Shown: positions 1-8,865 of the stretch, in pieces
How positions within the stretch are numbered: the stretch's first letter is position 1
Layout: every line of letters begins with the position of its first letter
Assembly: GCA_026127935.1 (NCBI GenBank)
Contig: JAJSLL010000005.1
Location: 29,809-93,808, forward strand
Direction of reading: 5' to 3'
From: Thermoplasmatales archaeon
Lineage (GTDB): Archaea; Thermoplasmatota; Thermoplasmata; Thermoplasmatales; GCA-001856825
Length of the DNA stretch: 64,000 nucleotides
Position numbers and translations under genes: made by a program
The notes under the pieces: model-generated
What the model saw: only the letters and a program-made list of their open reading frames with translations
What the model was told of the DNA's origin: nothing
The model's database searches: none

Positions 1-192
1 GTCCCATCCCAGTCCACAATAAGGGTGGTCACGCTCGATAAGGGCAAGAGCATAATGCTCACTCTAGACGGACAGGACGGCTTGGAGGTGGGCTTCCACG
101 ATGAGATATCTTTCACAGAGAGCGAACACCCAGCAAGATTCATCAGGTTCAATTCAGACTTTTACAAGAATACCAGGGAGAAAATGGTATGA
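1..192 (+). CDS. C-terminal fragment of a probable NAD kinase (5' end outside window)
   Basis: Frame 1 is open from base 1 to TGA 190-192. It is absent from the ORF track because no start codon lies in the window. The tail ...IMLTLDGQDGLEVGFHDEISFTESEHPARFIRFNSDFYKNTREKMV resembles the DGQ ... F-x2-L-R-x-K-L C-terminus of NAD kinases (recalled consensus, not computed). Its stop overlaps the next start in ATGA. Confidence 0.4.
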   Translation, partial: VPSQSTIRVVTLDKGKSIMLTLDGQDGLEVGFHDEISFTESEHPARFIRFNSDFYKNTREKMV

Positions 193-551
193 AGATAAGG
201 AGGGGGGTCATCGAGCTCGTTATGGAGACCAGCAAGGACTCTCTTCCGAACGAGTTCGCAGCCTTCCTCAAGGCCAAGAAGGAAGTGATATACGAAATAG
301 CGCTCGTTCCCGGTACAATTTCTGGAGAAAGGAGCGCAATAATGCAGTTATGGAACAGACCGATAGATCTGGGGTATGTCGGCACGATTCATTCTCATCC
401 CTCAGGTGTGATTTATCCGAGTGACGACGACAAGAGTTTGTACTCAAAATTCGGGAATATTCATATCATAGTTGGTTATCCGTTCAACCTGTACTCCTGG
501 CGGCCGTTCAACAACGAGGGAATAGAGATAAATCTGGAAATGATACAATGA
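189..551 (+). CDS. Stand-alone JAB1/MPN/Mov34 (JAMM) metalloprotease, 120 aa
   Basis: GTIHSHPSGVIYPSDDD matches the JAMM zinc motif H-x-H-x7-S-x2-D exactly. ATGA start/stop overlaps with both neighbours (189-192 and 548-551). Confidence 0.75.
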   Translation: MKIRRGVIELVMETSKDSLPNEFAAFLKAKKEVIYEIALVPGTISGERSAIMQLWNRPIDLGYVGTIHSHPSGVIYPSDDDKSLYSKFGNIHIIVGYPFNLYSWRPFNNEGIEINLEMIQ

Positions 552-1180
552 TAAGAATCACTGATGGGAGGTACATAAGAAACATATACGGAGTACCGGT
601 CGTAGCAGACATATTCAGGGCAACTTCAAACATCGTTACCATGGTTATGAAAGGAGTAAAGGAGATAATTCCCGTCAACGATGTCAATACAGCACTCTCG
701 TTGAAGAAAGAAGGGTACGTCTTGTTCGGTGAAAACAACCTGAATCCGATAGAGGGATTTCAGTATGGCAACTCGCCGACGCAGACAATGAAGCTAGATC
801 TTGATGGAGTGAAGGCCGTTCTGATGACGACTAATGGGTCGGGGATTATTTTAAAGGCGGGTGAAGGAACACTCGTTGGTTCATTCCTAAATATAGGTGC
901 GCTTTCAAGGTATCTCAGAAACAAAGAAGTTCATATCTTTCCCGCAAATCTGAAAAACGGAGTCTCTACAGAGGACAACGAATTTGCATATGCTCTAACC
1001 AAGAAGGTGATGGAACCAGGTTCCAATATCGATGTCAATATTGCAAGGTCTAGAAACGGAAATGGGGCCACACTCCTCAAGGAACATAAGTTCGAGGAGG
1101 ACCTCGACTTCTGCCTTCAGCAGGATATCACAGATGCGATTCCGATCTTCAAAGGTGGCAAGATAGTCAAGTTGGAGTGA
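548..1180 (+). CDS. 2-phosphosulfolactate phosphatase family protein (ComB-like)
   Basis: 210 aa. VVADIFRATSNIVTMVMKGVKEIIPV and GENNLNPIEGFQYGNSP resemble ComB family blocks (V-x-D-V-L-R-A-T-s-T ... G-x-x-x-G-N-S-P), recalled from memory. Confidence 0.55.
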   Translation: MIRITDGRYIRNIYGVPVVADIFRATSNIVTMVMKGVKEIIPVNDVNTALSLKKEGYVLFGENNLNPIEGFQYGNSPTQTMKLDLDGVKAVLMTTNGSGIILKAGEGTLVGSFLNIGALSRYLRNKEVHIFPANLKNGVSTEDNEFAYALTKKVMEPGSNIDVNIARSRNGNGATLLKEHKFEEDLDFCLQQDITDAIPIFKGGKIVKLE

Positions 1181-2425
1181 TCACTTCGATTTTTCCTTGA
1201 GAAAAATAAACAGTCCTATCCCAACGACTATTGATGCAATGAGGAAGTCTGCGTAATATCCAATACCTGTGACAATAATGCCGGTCAGCGCCGAACCCAG
1301 GACAGCGCCAAAGCTCTGAACCGCATTATAGGTTCCGCTTACCCTTCCCCTCTCCTCAGGTTTTGATAGGTTCGAGACGAGTGTACCTGTCCCCACAGAG
1401 ATAAATGACCACAGGGATCCCAGAACTGAGTAGACCAGAAGCAATCCGACAAATAGAAATGGTCTATGGGTCTGCAACAGTGCCACAAGCGCTATTGTGA
1501 ATGGAAAAATTAATATCCTTGTCATCACGGCGAACGTGGTGACCCTTCTGTTTCCGTATTTCAGGGCAATCTGACCAGAAAATCCGTAAGTTATTGCACC
1601 AAAAATATAGTTTCCAAGGAAAATGATGAAAAATATGGACGCAGAAATAGCCAGCGTCCTTAGCATTATCGGAAATGCAACAAAGAACAACTGGAAGCCC
1701 GTCATCATGATCATGAAGCCGATTATTATGAACTTCAGGTCGCTGTCTAGGTCTTTAAAATGGAAGTTGAAATGAATGATCTGGGATGGAAGGTACCTCA
1801 CTCTCTGAATTACGCTGAAAGTGCGGAGGGGAACCTCATCCCTGTTAATTTTGACCGTGCTCTCCGGTATGTAGCGGTAACCCAGGATTGCCGAGATCGA
1901 ATAGAAAATTACGGCAAAAAGGTATAGATATCTGAGCAACGAAACCTTTGGAAAGAACGCAGTGAACACAGAAGCAAAAACGACTCCAGCTATGTTTCCG
2001 TAACTGTTGTACTGTGAGAACTTGGAGATCTTCATTGCCCAGTCCCTCCGCTCAGTAAGTTCCATTATGAGGATTGACGAGACCGGAGTGGCTGCACTAC
2101 CAAAGAAACCAGACAGGAAGGAGATCGAAATGAAGTACGTAGTGTTGAAAGATACAGCTAAGAGGATGGACGTTACCGCGAGTGAGACAAATCCTATTAT
2201 GACGAACATTCGCCTCTTTCCGAGTCTATCGGAAAGATTTCCCCAAACCATTAGTCCCAGTACTGAGGCGATCGAAGAGACAATAACGTAAATTGAATAA
2301 TCGATGATCCCCCCAGCCAGAAGCTCGGTAATGAAGAGTGGCGCTAATGGGCTCGTAATGCCCGCTGAAGTGTTCATTGGGAAATAAGACAGAAACCATC
2401 TGTCTTTCCCCGATGGGGTACTCAT
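1181..2425 (-). CDS. Major facilitator superfamily transporter
   Basis: 414 aa, hydrophobic throughout (about 12 helices by eye). GNLSDRLGKRR matches the MFS loop 2-3 signature G-x3-D-R-x-G-R-R. Confidence 0.75.
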   Translation of the reverse strand: MSTPSGKDRWFLSYFPMNTSAGITSPLAPLFITELLAGGIIDYSIYVIVSSIASVLGLMVWGNLSDRLGKRRMFVIIGFVSLAVTSILLAVSFNTTYFISISFLSGFFGSAATPVSSILIMELTERRDWAMKISKFSQYNSYGNIAGVVFASVFTAFFPKVSLLRYLYLFAVIFYSISAILGYRYIPESTVKINRDEVPLRTFSVIQRVRYLPSQIIHFNFHFKDLDSDLKFIIIGFMIMMTGFQLFFVAFPIMLRTLAISASIFFIIFLGNYIFGAITYGFSGQIALKYGNRRVTTFAVMTRILIFPFTIALVALLQTHRPFLFVGLLLVYSVLGSLWSFISVGTGTLVSNLSKPEERGRVSGTYNAVQSFGAVLGSALTGIIVTGIGYYADFLIASIVVGIGLFIFLKEKSK

Positions 2426-2456
2426 TCAATAGGTATGCATTGCGATTATTTCTATG

Positions 2457-2620
2457 TGACATCCTCCCCTTGCTAAAGCAAGGGGCTTCCCGTTTCAACG
2501 ACCAGATTTGCTCTTGCGGGTATTGATCCGATCTCCACGGGCGTAATTTCGGGAGTGCCCCTCCCTACATTCATGGGTTCTTCCAGTTTCTCCATGCCTT
2601 TTCTCTTCATGTTTATTGCT
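2457..2620 (-). ncRNA. Predicted TnpB guide RNA (omega/reRNA) scaffold region
   Basis: In characterised TnpB systems the scaffold is encoded on the tnpB strand, across the tnpB 3' end and the RE. Here that region contains the 8-bp hairpin and the conserved ...GTPEITPVE... coding tail. There is no transcript evidence and the extent is a guess. Confidence 0.35.
2466..2485 (-). repeat. Right-end subterminal hairpin of the IS (perfect 8-bp stem, 4-nt loop)
   Basis: Plus strand ccccttgc-taaa-gcaagggg. It spans the tnpB stop codon. Confidence 0.8.
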
Positions 2621-3720
2621 GCATTGAGATCCCTGTCTATAGTGAGACCGCATGCATTGCAGTGGTATATGCGATCTGAAAGTTTCAGATCATGCATGAT
2701 GTTTCCGCATCCTGAGCATTGTTGGGATGTGTATCTGGGGTCAACAAGTACAACAACAACACCGGCACTTTCAGCCTTGTACGTTGTAAACTTGACGATC
2801 CTGTTCCATGATGCATCAGCTATGCTCTTTGCTAGATGGTGATTCTTGACCATTGCCTCTATGTTCAAGTCTTCGAAGACGATGAGATCATGATCTCCTA
2901 ACAGGCTATTGGAGAGCTTGTGCGAGAAATCATCCCTCTGCCTTTCTATCTTCCGGTGAACCTTTGCCACCTTTGTTTTTGCTTTTTCCCTCTTTCCCGA
3001 TCCCTTCTTCTTTGTCGATAGATTCCTCTGTGCCCTCTTCAGTTTCCTCTCCGATTTTATGAGGAAATGAGGAGGCTCTATCTGTGATCCGTCACTGGTG
3101 GTGATGATCGACTTCAGCCCCATATCTATGCCAACAGGTTTGACGGGTTGAAATTGTGAATCCTGCATGGTTTCGGCTTCTTCTGATTTATCCGGTATAC
3201 TATCTGTCTCAACAGTCAATGTAATGAACCAGTCTCCAACCTTATCACGTTTTATTGAGAGCGTTTTGATCTCTCCAATTATGGGTCTGTGCATGAACAT
3301 CCTGATTTCCCCGATCTTTGACAGCCATACATGACCGTTGTCCGTTATTTTGAAACCTGACTGCGTGTAGGTTATCGAATTGTATCTTTCTCTTGATTTG
3401 AATCTTGGGAATCCTGCTTTTGCCCTTTCTCCATTCTTCTTCTCTCCCATTCTTCTGAAGAAGTTGGCATATGCTCTATCCATTCTCCTTGCAATGTCCT
3501 GGAGAACCTGAGAGTGGATGCTGAGGTATTCCGGGAATGCATTCTTTATTTCAGGTATCTCGTCCTGCTGTGAGTTGTAGTTTATCTTCCTTCCCAATTT
3601 ATAAGCATATATCCTCTGCTGGAGCATTGCGTTGTACAGTTCACGGCACAGATTGATGGTGGATTCGAGCATACTGATCTGTCTATTGGAAGGATATATC
3701 CTGAACCTATAGGTCCTCAT
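2473..3720 (-). CDS. tnpB: TnpB (IS605 OrfB family RNA-guided endonuclease)
   Basis: 415 aa. N-terminus MRTYRFRIYPS..., RuvC-I GIDMGLK, RuvC-II VFEDLNI, zinc ribbon CSGCG...HCNACG followed by RuvC-III DRDLNAAINM. Confidence 0.9.
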   Translation of the reverse strand: MRTYRFRIYPSNRQISMLESTINLCRELYNAMLQQRIYAYKLGRKINYNSQQDEIPEIKNAFPEYLSIHSQVLQDIARRMDRAYANFFRRMGEKKNGERAKAGFPRFKSRERYNSITYTQSGFKITDNGHVWLSKIGEIRMFMHRPIIGEIKTLSIKRDKVGDWFITLTVETDSIPDKSEEAETMQDSQFQPVKPVGIDMGLKSIITTSDGSQIEPPHFLIKSERKLKRAQRNLSTKKKGSGKREKAKTKVAKVHRKIERQRDDFSHKLSNSLLGDHDLIVFEDLNIEAMVKNHHLAKSIADASWNRIVKFTTYKAESAGVVVVLVDPRYTSQQCSGCGNIMHDLKLSDRIYHCNACGLTIDRDLNAAINMKRKGMEKLEEPMNVGRGTPEITPVEIGSIPARANLVVETGSPLL

Positions 3721-4129
3721 TGCGTTTTATCTCCTGCGAATCCACATATTTCTTCAAAACATCAAGGGTAACCTGCCCGGAGGTTGCAAGAAAGTATGAG
3801 GGTGACCAGAACTTTCCCTCCCAGAGTTCTTTCTTCACCTTAGGGAAGTTACGCTGTATTTCCCTTGATGTTATCGTCTTGACAGCGTTGATGAACTGCG
3901 GTATGTTGAGACGTGGTGAAGCTTTGAAAAGCATGTGGAAGTGATCCTTGTCGCATTCTATCTCAAGTACATCAACATTGAATGTTTCAGCTATTTCCCT
4001 TGTCTTTGTCTTGAGAAGATCCACAATGGCATCATTGACAAATACCTTCTTCCTGTATTTCACGACCTGGATGAAGTGGTAGTATAATGAATATACAGAG
4101 TGTGCCCCCTTATCCAGGTCATATACCAT
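3707..4129 (-). CDS. tnpA: IS200-type Y1 (HUH) transposase TnpA
   Basis: 140 aa. HUH motif in DKDHFHMLF and the catalytic Tyr region SPSYFLATSG. Confidence 0.9.
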   Translation of the reverse strand: MVYDLDKGAHSVYSLYYHFIQVVKYRKKVFVNDAIVDLLKTKTREIAETFNVDVLEIECDKDHFHMLFKASPRLNIPQFINAVKTITSREIQRNFPKVKKELWEGKFWSPSYFLATSGQVTLDVLKKYVDSQEIKRNEDL

Positions 4130-4176
4130 AGGTTATGTATATAATAATCAACTATAACCCTTTTTGTTCGTTTTCA

Positions 4177-4198
4177 TCCCCTATCTTGCGAAAGGGGA
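4177..4198 (-). repeat. Left-end subterminal hairpin of the IS
   Basis: Plus strand tcccct-atcttgcgaa-agggga (6-bp stem, 10-nt loop), about 50 nt upstream of the tnpA ATG. The loop shares cttgcga with the orphan right end at 10864-10874. Confidence 0.6.
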
Positions 4199-4411
4199 AT
4201 TCCCGCCCACAAATGTTAAAGATAAATTTTAAGACCGCCTACAGATGTTAGGATTATCAGTTCTTGGAGCAAGATATCATGAAAGGAGCTTTCTGAAAAC
4301 CATATTCCCAAACCAAAGTATATTACGCTTGGATCCAATTTTAGGCACAATGTCTCAATATTTACGCCATCCGTTCTTCACGCTCGAAATACAAGCGGAT
4401 CAAAAATTACC

Positions 4412-5224
4412 CTAACATCCCTTTTCCCAATCAAACTTAAGACCTGTATTCATACCATTCTTCATATAAAAACTGGTGATCCTGTTTGCACAAGAAATTG
4501 CCTTCTTCATTTCTTTCCCGCGGTAGAGAGACGAATAGAAAGCGGCCCTGAACATATCGCCAGCACCCAGTGAGGATCCCTTCTTTACGATCTCTGTGGG
4601 AATAAGCTCGTTGCTAAAAATGGCACCCCGTTCCCCGAGGGTCACAATAGTCTTGTTTCCATCAATTCTCGTTAGGGATGAAAGATAGTTGAATTCAGAC
4701 TCATTCAGTATTACTAGATCAGCCATCCTCAATGCTTCGATTAGCTTGTTCTGATTCCATCTATACTTTATCTCTTGGCCAGGGTCGAGAACCTTTATGC
4801 TCCTGGTACTCCGCAAAAGCTTGAGAATCCAGTCAGGATTAGAAGTTGCGAAGTGACAATACTCACTTTCAATCTCGTAATCGTCCCCCGGGTATTTCAT
4901 TGGACCTTGGTACATATAAGCTATCTGTGTGACCTTTGCGTCAGCTATGTAACAGATCGGGCCCTCCTCATTGCTCTTCTCAAGGGTCAACGAGATATTT
5001 TCTCTGTTCAAAAGGTGCAACAATTCTTCTGGAAAATTCTTGGAAATACGTGATATGAGATTGACTGGAGTGCCTAGTTCGGCTGCAAATCTCGCAATGT
5101 TGGCCCCTGTCCCCCCAAGTCTCTTTTCTATTCCCCTGATCTCCTCGCTTCCGAAAGATGGAATTTGCTTGATATCAAGAATTATGTCCACGTTAATGTG
5201 TCCAACAACGGTTAGGAACGACAT
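4412..5224 (-). CDS. PfkB-family carbohydrate/nucleoside kinase
   Basis: 270 aa. N-terminal RLGGTGANIA and C-terminal SSLGAGDMFRAAF (PfkB GAGD anion-hole motif). Confidence 0.7.
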   Translation of the reverse strand: MSFLTVVGHINVDIILDIKQIPSFGSEEIRGIEKRLGGTGANIARFAAELGTPVNLISRISKNFPEELLHLLNRENISLTLEKSNEEGPICYIADAKVTQIAYMYQGPMKYPGDDYEIESEYCHFATSNPDWILKLLRSTRSIKVLDPGQEIKYRWNQNKLIEALRMADLVILNESEFNYLSSLTRIDGNKTIVTLGERGAIFSNELIPTEIVKKGSSLGAGDMFRAAFYSSLYRGKEMKKAISCANRITSFYMKNGMNTGLKFDWEKGC

Positions 5225-5233
5225 TAGTAGGGT

Positions 5234-6241
5234 TTACCACCCGCGGCCCTGAATCTTTTCAGTAGCGTCCATCTTCTCTACGTCCCTTCCCTTCATTCCA
5301 GGAAGACCCTTGCTCACTTCTACCATTACGGAAGGATCGTCCCACGCTGCAGTTGCCTGAACCATTGCTGATGCCATTTTGTCAGGATTTGAACTCTTGA
5401 AAATACCGCTACCTACGAACACTCCATCTACTCCGTGCTCCATCATCAGGACAGCATCTGCGGGGGATGCTACTCCGCCAGCAGCGAAATTGACCACAGG
5501 TAGCCTCTTTGCCTTTTTGACTTCCATAAGTACCTCATGGATTCCGGACTTTATCTCGCCATATGTGTAATTTCCGAAGATTATATCCTTGTCGGATATC
5601 ATTTCCCTTCCGTACAACGTTCCTCTAACTTCTTTGGTGAGTTTCTCATAGCTCTTCGAGACGTTGAGCGCCATTTCCCACAGTTCATTCTCGTCGGCCA
5701 AAACGACCTCTTGGATTCCCTGATTAACCTGCCTAACGTGCCTTACAGCCTCGATTATGTCTCCCGTTCCGGCCTCTCCCTTCGTCCTTATCATTGCCGC
5801 TCCCTCCCAGATTCTCCTCACTGCCTCTCCCAAGTTCCTTGCTCCACAAACGAATGGGATGGAGATTTCTTTCTTGTTTACGTGGAAGAATGGATCAGCT
5901 GGCGTCAGGACTTCCGATTCATCTATCATGTCAATTCCGAGCTCCTCCAGTGCCTTGGCCTCTGCGAGGTGACCTATTCTGACTTTTGCCATGACTGGAA
6001 TTGTCACGGCTTCAACTATCTCTACGATCTTGAGTGGATCTGCCATTCTGGCGACCCCTCCCTCTGCACGTATGTCCGCTGGTACTCTTTCAAGTGCCAT
6101 AACAGAGATGGCGCCCGCACTTTCTGCTATCTTTGCTTGATCTGCATTTGTAACGTCCATGATGACCCCTCCTTTTGTCATTTTGGCAAATCCCTTCTTT
6201 AATAGATCTGTTCCATACTTTACCTTAATATCAGTTGCCAT
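5234..6241 (-). CDS. pdxS: Pyridoxal 5'-phosphate synthase lyase subunit PdxS
   Basis: 335 aa. [46 protein letters not shown] is the highly conserved PdxS/SNZ N-terminal block. Confidence 0.9.
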   Translation of the reverse strand: MATDIKVKYGTDLLKKGFAKMTKGGVIMDVTNADQAKIAESAGAISVMALERVPADIRAEGGVARMADPLKIVEIVEAVTIPVMAKVRIGHLAEAKALEELGIDMIDESEVLTPADPFFHVNKKEISIPFVCGARNLGEAVRRIWEGAAMIRTKGEAGTGDIIEAVRHVRQVNQGIQEVVLADENELWEMALNVSKSYEKLTKEVRGTLYGREMISDKDIIFGNYTYGEIKSGIHEVLMEVKKAKRLPVVNFAAGGVASPADAVLMMEHGVDGVFVGSGIFKSSNPDKMASAMVQATAAWDDPSVMVEVSKGLPGMKGRDVEKMDATEKIQGRGW

Positions 6242-6392
6242 ACAAGATATATCACAATCTTCAAAATATACATTTCCAATTTTATTGACTCCAATTCAAT
6301 AGTCTAAATGACTTGTTTTCTTTAGATCCCATTAAATAACAAACCTTTCAAATTATTGGGAAAAATTTAATTTCCCCCTAACATAATGAATT

Positions 6393-7283
6393 ATGAAATT
6401 GATACGCAAGGGGAAGGTTAAGGAAGTTTATGACATTGGTGAAAATCTTTTGTTCGTTTTCACTGATCAGATATCAGTTTTTGACAAAGTAATTCCTTCA
6501 CTGGTTCCGGACAAAGGAGAATCATTGGCTAGAACTTCGGAATACTGGTTCGATCAGGCAACCAAATTGGGGATATCTAATCATCTTCTCGAATTTAAGA
6601 ACAAGAGAGAGATGATAGTGAAGAAGTTCGAAATAATAGAAGGACGTGCTTCCCTGGACAAAAGAAATTATCTTGTACCCCTAGAATTCATAATGCGCTA
6701 TTATGTTGCGGGGTCACTGCTAGATCGGATCGAAAAGGGAAAGACAAAATTCCAGGATCTAGGGTTCAAGAACCCTCCTAAGCACGGGGACAAGATACCC
6801 GAACCACTCTTTGAAATGACAACCAAATTCGAAAAAACAGACAGGCTTTTGGATTTAGCGGAGGCGAAGCAGATTGGCGGGCTGAGTGATGATGACGTCA
6901 ATAACATCAGAGAAACGATCTCGAAGATGGACAGTAAGATCAACACCGAGGCACATTCGCGCGGACTGATTCACGCAGACGGTAAGAAGGAATTCGCACT
7001 TGACAGTGAAAGAGCCCCTGTGCTAGTTGATACTTTTGGAACTGCCGATGAGGACAGATTCTGGGAAAAAGAAGACTACGAGAGAGATCGCACTCTAGTT
7101 GAGAGAAGCAAGGAATTCGTGAGGCAGTATTACAGGAGAATAGGATATTATCAAAACCTTGTCGACGCGCGAAGCAAGGGTGCAGTGGAGCCAGCCATTC
7201 CGCCCCTCCCTAACGATATTCTGTCCGATACGTCTTCCCTTTATAGGAAACTATACGAGAGAATCACTGGGCAAGTTTGGTGA
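6393..7283 (+). CDS. purC: SAICAR synthetase PurC
   Basis: 296 aa. KGKVKEVY...FVFTDQISVFDKVIP and GLIHADGKKEFAL fit the SAICAR synthase family blocks. Confidence 0.75.
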   Translation: MKLIRKGKVKEVYDIGENLLFVFTDQISVFDKVIPSLVPDKGESLARTSEYWFDQATKLGISNHLLEFKNKREMIVKKFEIIEGRASLDKRNYLVPLEFIMRYYVAGSLLDRIEKGKTKFQDLGFKNPPKHGDKIPEPLFEMTTKFEKTDRLLDLAEAKQIGGLSDDDVNNIRETISKMDSKINTEAHSRGLIHADGKKEFALDSERAPVLVDTFGTADEDRFWEKEDYERDRTLVERSKEFVRQYYRRIGYYQNLVDARSKGAVEPAIPPLPNDILSDTSSLYRKLYERITGQVW

Positions 7284-7507
7284 TTCAAATTGAACAAACA
7301 TTCGCAGCGCGTGTAAATGGTCAAAGTCTTTGGAAGTCGTTAGAAATGAGCCTTTTACCATATTCAATTTTGGACAAATTTTCAGGAACCTCAACATGAC
7401 CGATTTACAATGCTGATTTACGGACCGAGGCTCTCTGGATCAGTGGAGCGAGCCTAAATGGCTTATCTCCATTAAAGATATATTGAAAGAATTTCTTTCC
7501 CCGTAAA

Positions 7508-7592
7508 GCGGAGGTTGCCGAGCTAGGTCAAAGGTGCCAGATTGAGGGTCTGGCTCCGTAGGGATCCGAGGGTTCAAATCCCTCCCTCCGCA
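7508..7592 (+). tRNA. tRNA-Leu (anticodon GAG)
   Basis: GCGGAGGTTGCCGAGCTAGGTCAAAGGTGCCAGATTGAGGGTCTGGCTCCGTAGGGATCCGAGGGTTCAAATCCCTCCCTCCGCA. Acceptor GCGGAGG/CCTCCGC, anticodon stem CCAGA/TCTGG with loop TT-GAG-GG, long variable arm (class II), T-loop TTCAAAT, discriminator A, no encoded CCA. Confidence 0.9.
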
Positions 7593-8199
7593 TCAAGACT
7601 AAGGCCGACATAGCAAGACAGAAAGTCATATTGTATTTGGAAGAACATCACCTTCCCGCCCGCGTCTTGCGGAATAAGCACTCCTGCCGGTTAAAGAGGC
7701 TCGGTCTCAAACATTGCAGACCTAGCTGGAGTACGGTGCAATTCTCGAAGAGGAGTCTCTCCTTCCGACTCTTGTAACTTTGAAAGAACAAGTGTAGTTA
7801 TCTCTCGTTAGACGAAATGCAATCTTCTTGCAAAATGGTAATAATGGTGCTTCTTGCTAGTAGTGGAAATCATATCCAAAAAGACCGAGAAAAGTGAAGT
7901 GATGGGGAAGAAGATTTCCTAAATATATTGGAGTGAAGTGATTCGAAAATCACTAAAAGCTGGAATAGGAGAGGAGGAGGCAAGATTGAGAATGTCAAAT
8001 ATAAACAAGCTCAGGAAGCGAAGGATACGCCAAAAGTGAGAAAAGTTTCCAAATGTTCGGATTCTATGGAGGAAATCCTCTGACCATTATCTATCTTCAT
8101 AAGTTATTGGATTCTTTGTAATGGCGATTCATTTCGCCTATCAATCGTTACATAATTGAGGGTTTAGGAATCTGGAATTGAATAAGCAGCAGACGCTAC

Positions 8200-8442
8200 T
8201 TACTTGTCTTTAGACTTACTATTCGGCTTCCTCTTAAGACTATTCTTAATACCCCTCACCGAAGACCCCACCACAATGAGATCCTTCTTAATTGCTTGCG
8301 TAACACTTCTCTTCTTGGAAGACTGACTCTTCTTCAATTCTTTAGCTAGTGCCTTTTGCAGAGCCTCTTTTCTGACCCTCTTTGCATACTTTATCTCCTT
8401 CCTCTTCTCCTCCTTCTTCAACTCTCTCTTCCAGTCATTCAT
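8200..8442 (-). CDS. Hypothetical very basic Lys-rich small protein (80 aa)
   Basis: ORF only. Low-complexity K/E/R-rich sequence, no recognisable family. Confidence 0.35.
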   Translation of the reverse strand: MNDWKRELKKEEKRKEIKYAKRVRKEALQKALAKELKKSQSSKKRSVTQAIKKDLIVVGSSVRGIKNSLKRKPNSKSKDK

Positions 8443-8865
8443 AGTTGTTTACACTCCTCCACGAATAGAGAACCCTGTTCACAATCTGTACAACTGGCAG
8501 AAGGCGGAATCGTTGAATTCTCTTTTTCATATGTAAAGCACCAACGAAACGACTTCATATAAGTATTGCGAATGATACTGCCTCAGATATCAACTTTAGC
8601 AGGTTTGCCATGGAAATATATGATCTCGATTATCCCTACTGTTAGAACTAGGTTTTTTCCGACTCATAGCTACTGATTTAATAGATACGTTCATCAACCC
8701 GTGTTAGGCTACAGTTCCTGGCATTTTGCGATCTGATGAAACCTATTGAAGGTAAAGTTGCTGTGAAAATTTCCTGACACGATGGATCTGCGTTTATAAT
8801 CCGAACAGTCTAATTCTTCATATCCGAATATTCCACAAAAAATACTTATCAAATATTCAAGTGGC

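Larger units (their letters stand above)
2457..4215 (-). mobile_element. Intact IS200/IS605-family insertion sequence (tnpA + tnpB)
   Basis: A Y1 transposase gene and tnpB overlap by 14 nt and are flanked by related subterminal hairpins (RE 2466-2485, LE 4177-4198). On the element strand both ends share the pattern cgggaa-tcccctt-gc-agggg-(a)ggatg. Outer boundaries are approximate (+/- 20 nt). Confidence 0.85.

Noticed and set aside
101-424. Tracked ORFs 101-424 (+) and 149-385 (-) overlapping the first two genes
   Set aside because: They lie in alternative frames of the NAD-kinase-like tail and the JAMM gene, which have recognisable motifs. Their composition is not protein-like.
5379-6202. 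Several plus-strand ORFs (up to 221 aa, Cys/His/Leu-rich) antisense to pdxS
   Set aside because: They are shadow ORFs opposite a very highly conserved gene and have no motif support. The same applies to other antisense ORFs in the track (e.g. 2007-2291, 2555-2842, 13851-14270, 32380-32694, 61491-61889, 62768-63313, 63310-63768).
7893-7960. A C/D-box sRNA built on the duplicated AGTGAAGTGAT motif
   Set aside because: GTGATG/GTGATT are only loose C-box matches, and no CTGA D/D' boxes occur at the appropriate spacing.
7593-8865. An integrated element at tRNA-Leu with a recognisable att site
   Set aside because: I could not find an integrase gene or a duplicated copy of the tRNA 3' end by eye. 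The region is kept only as a low-confidence gene-poor-region observation.
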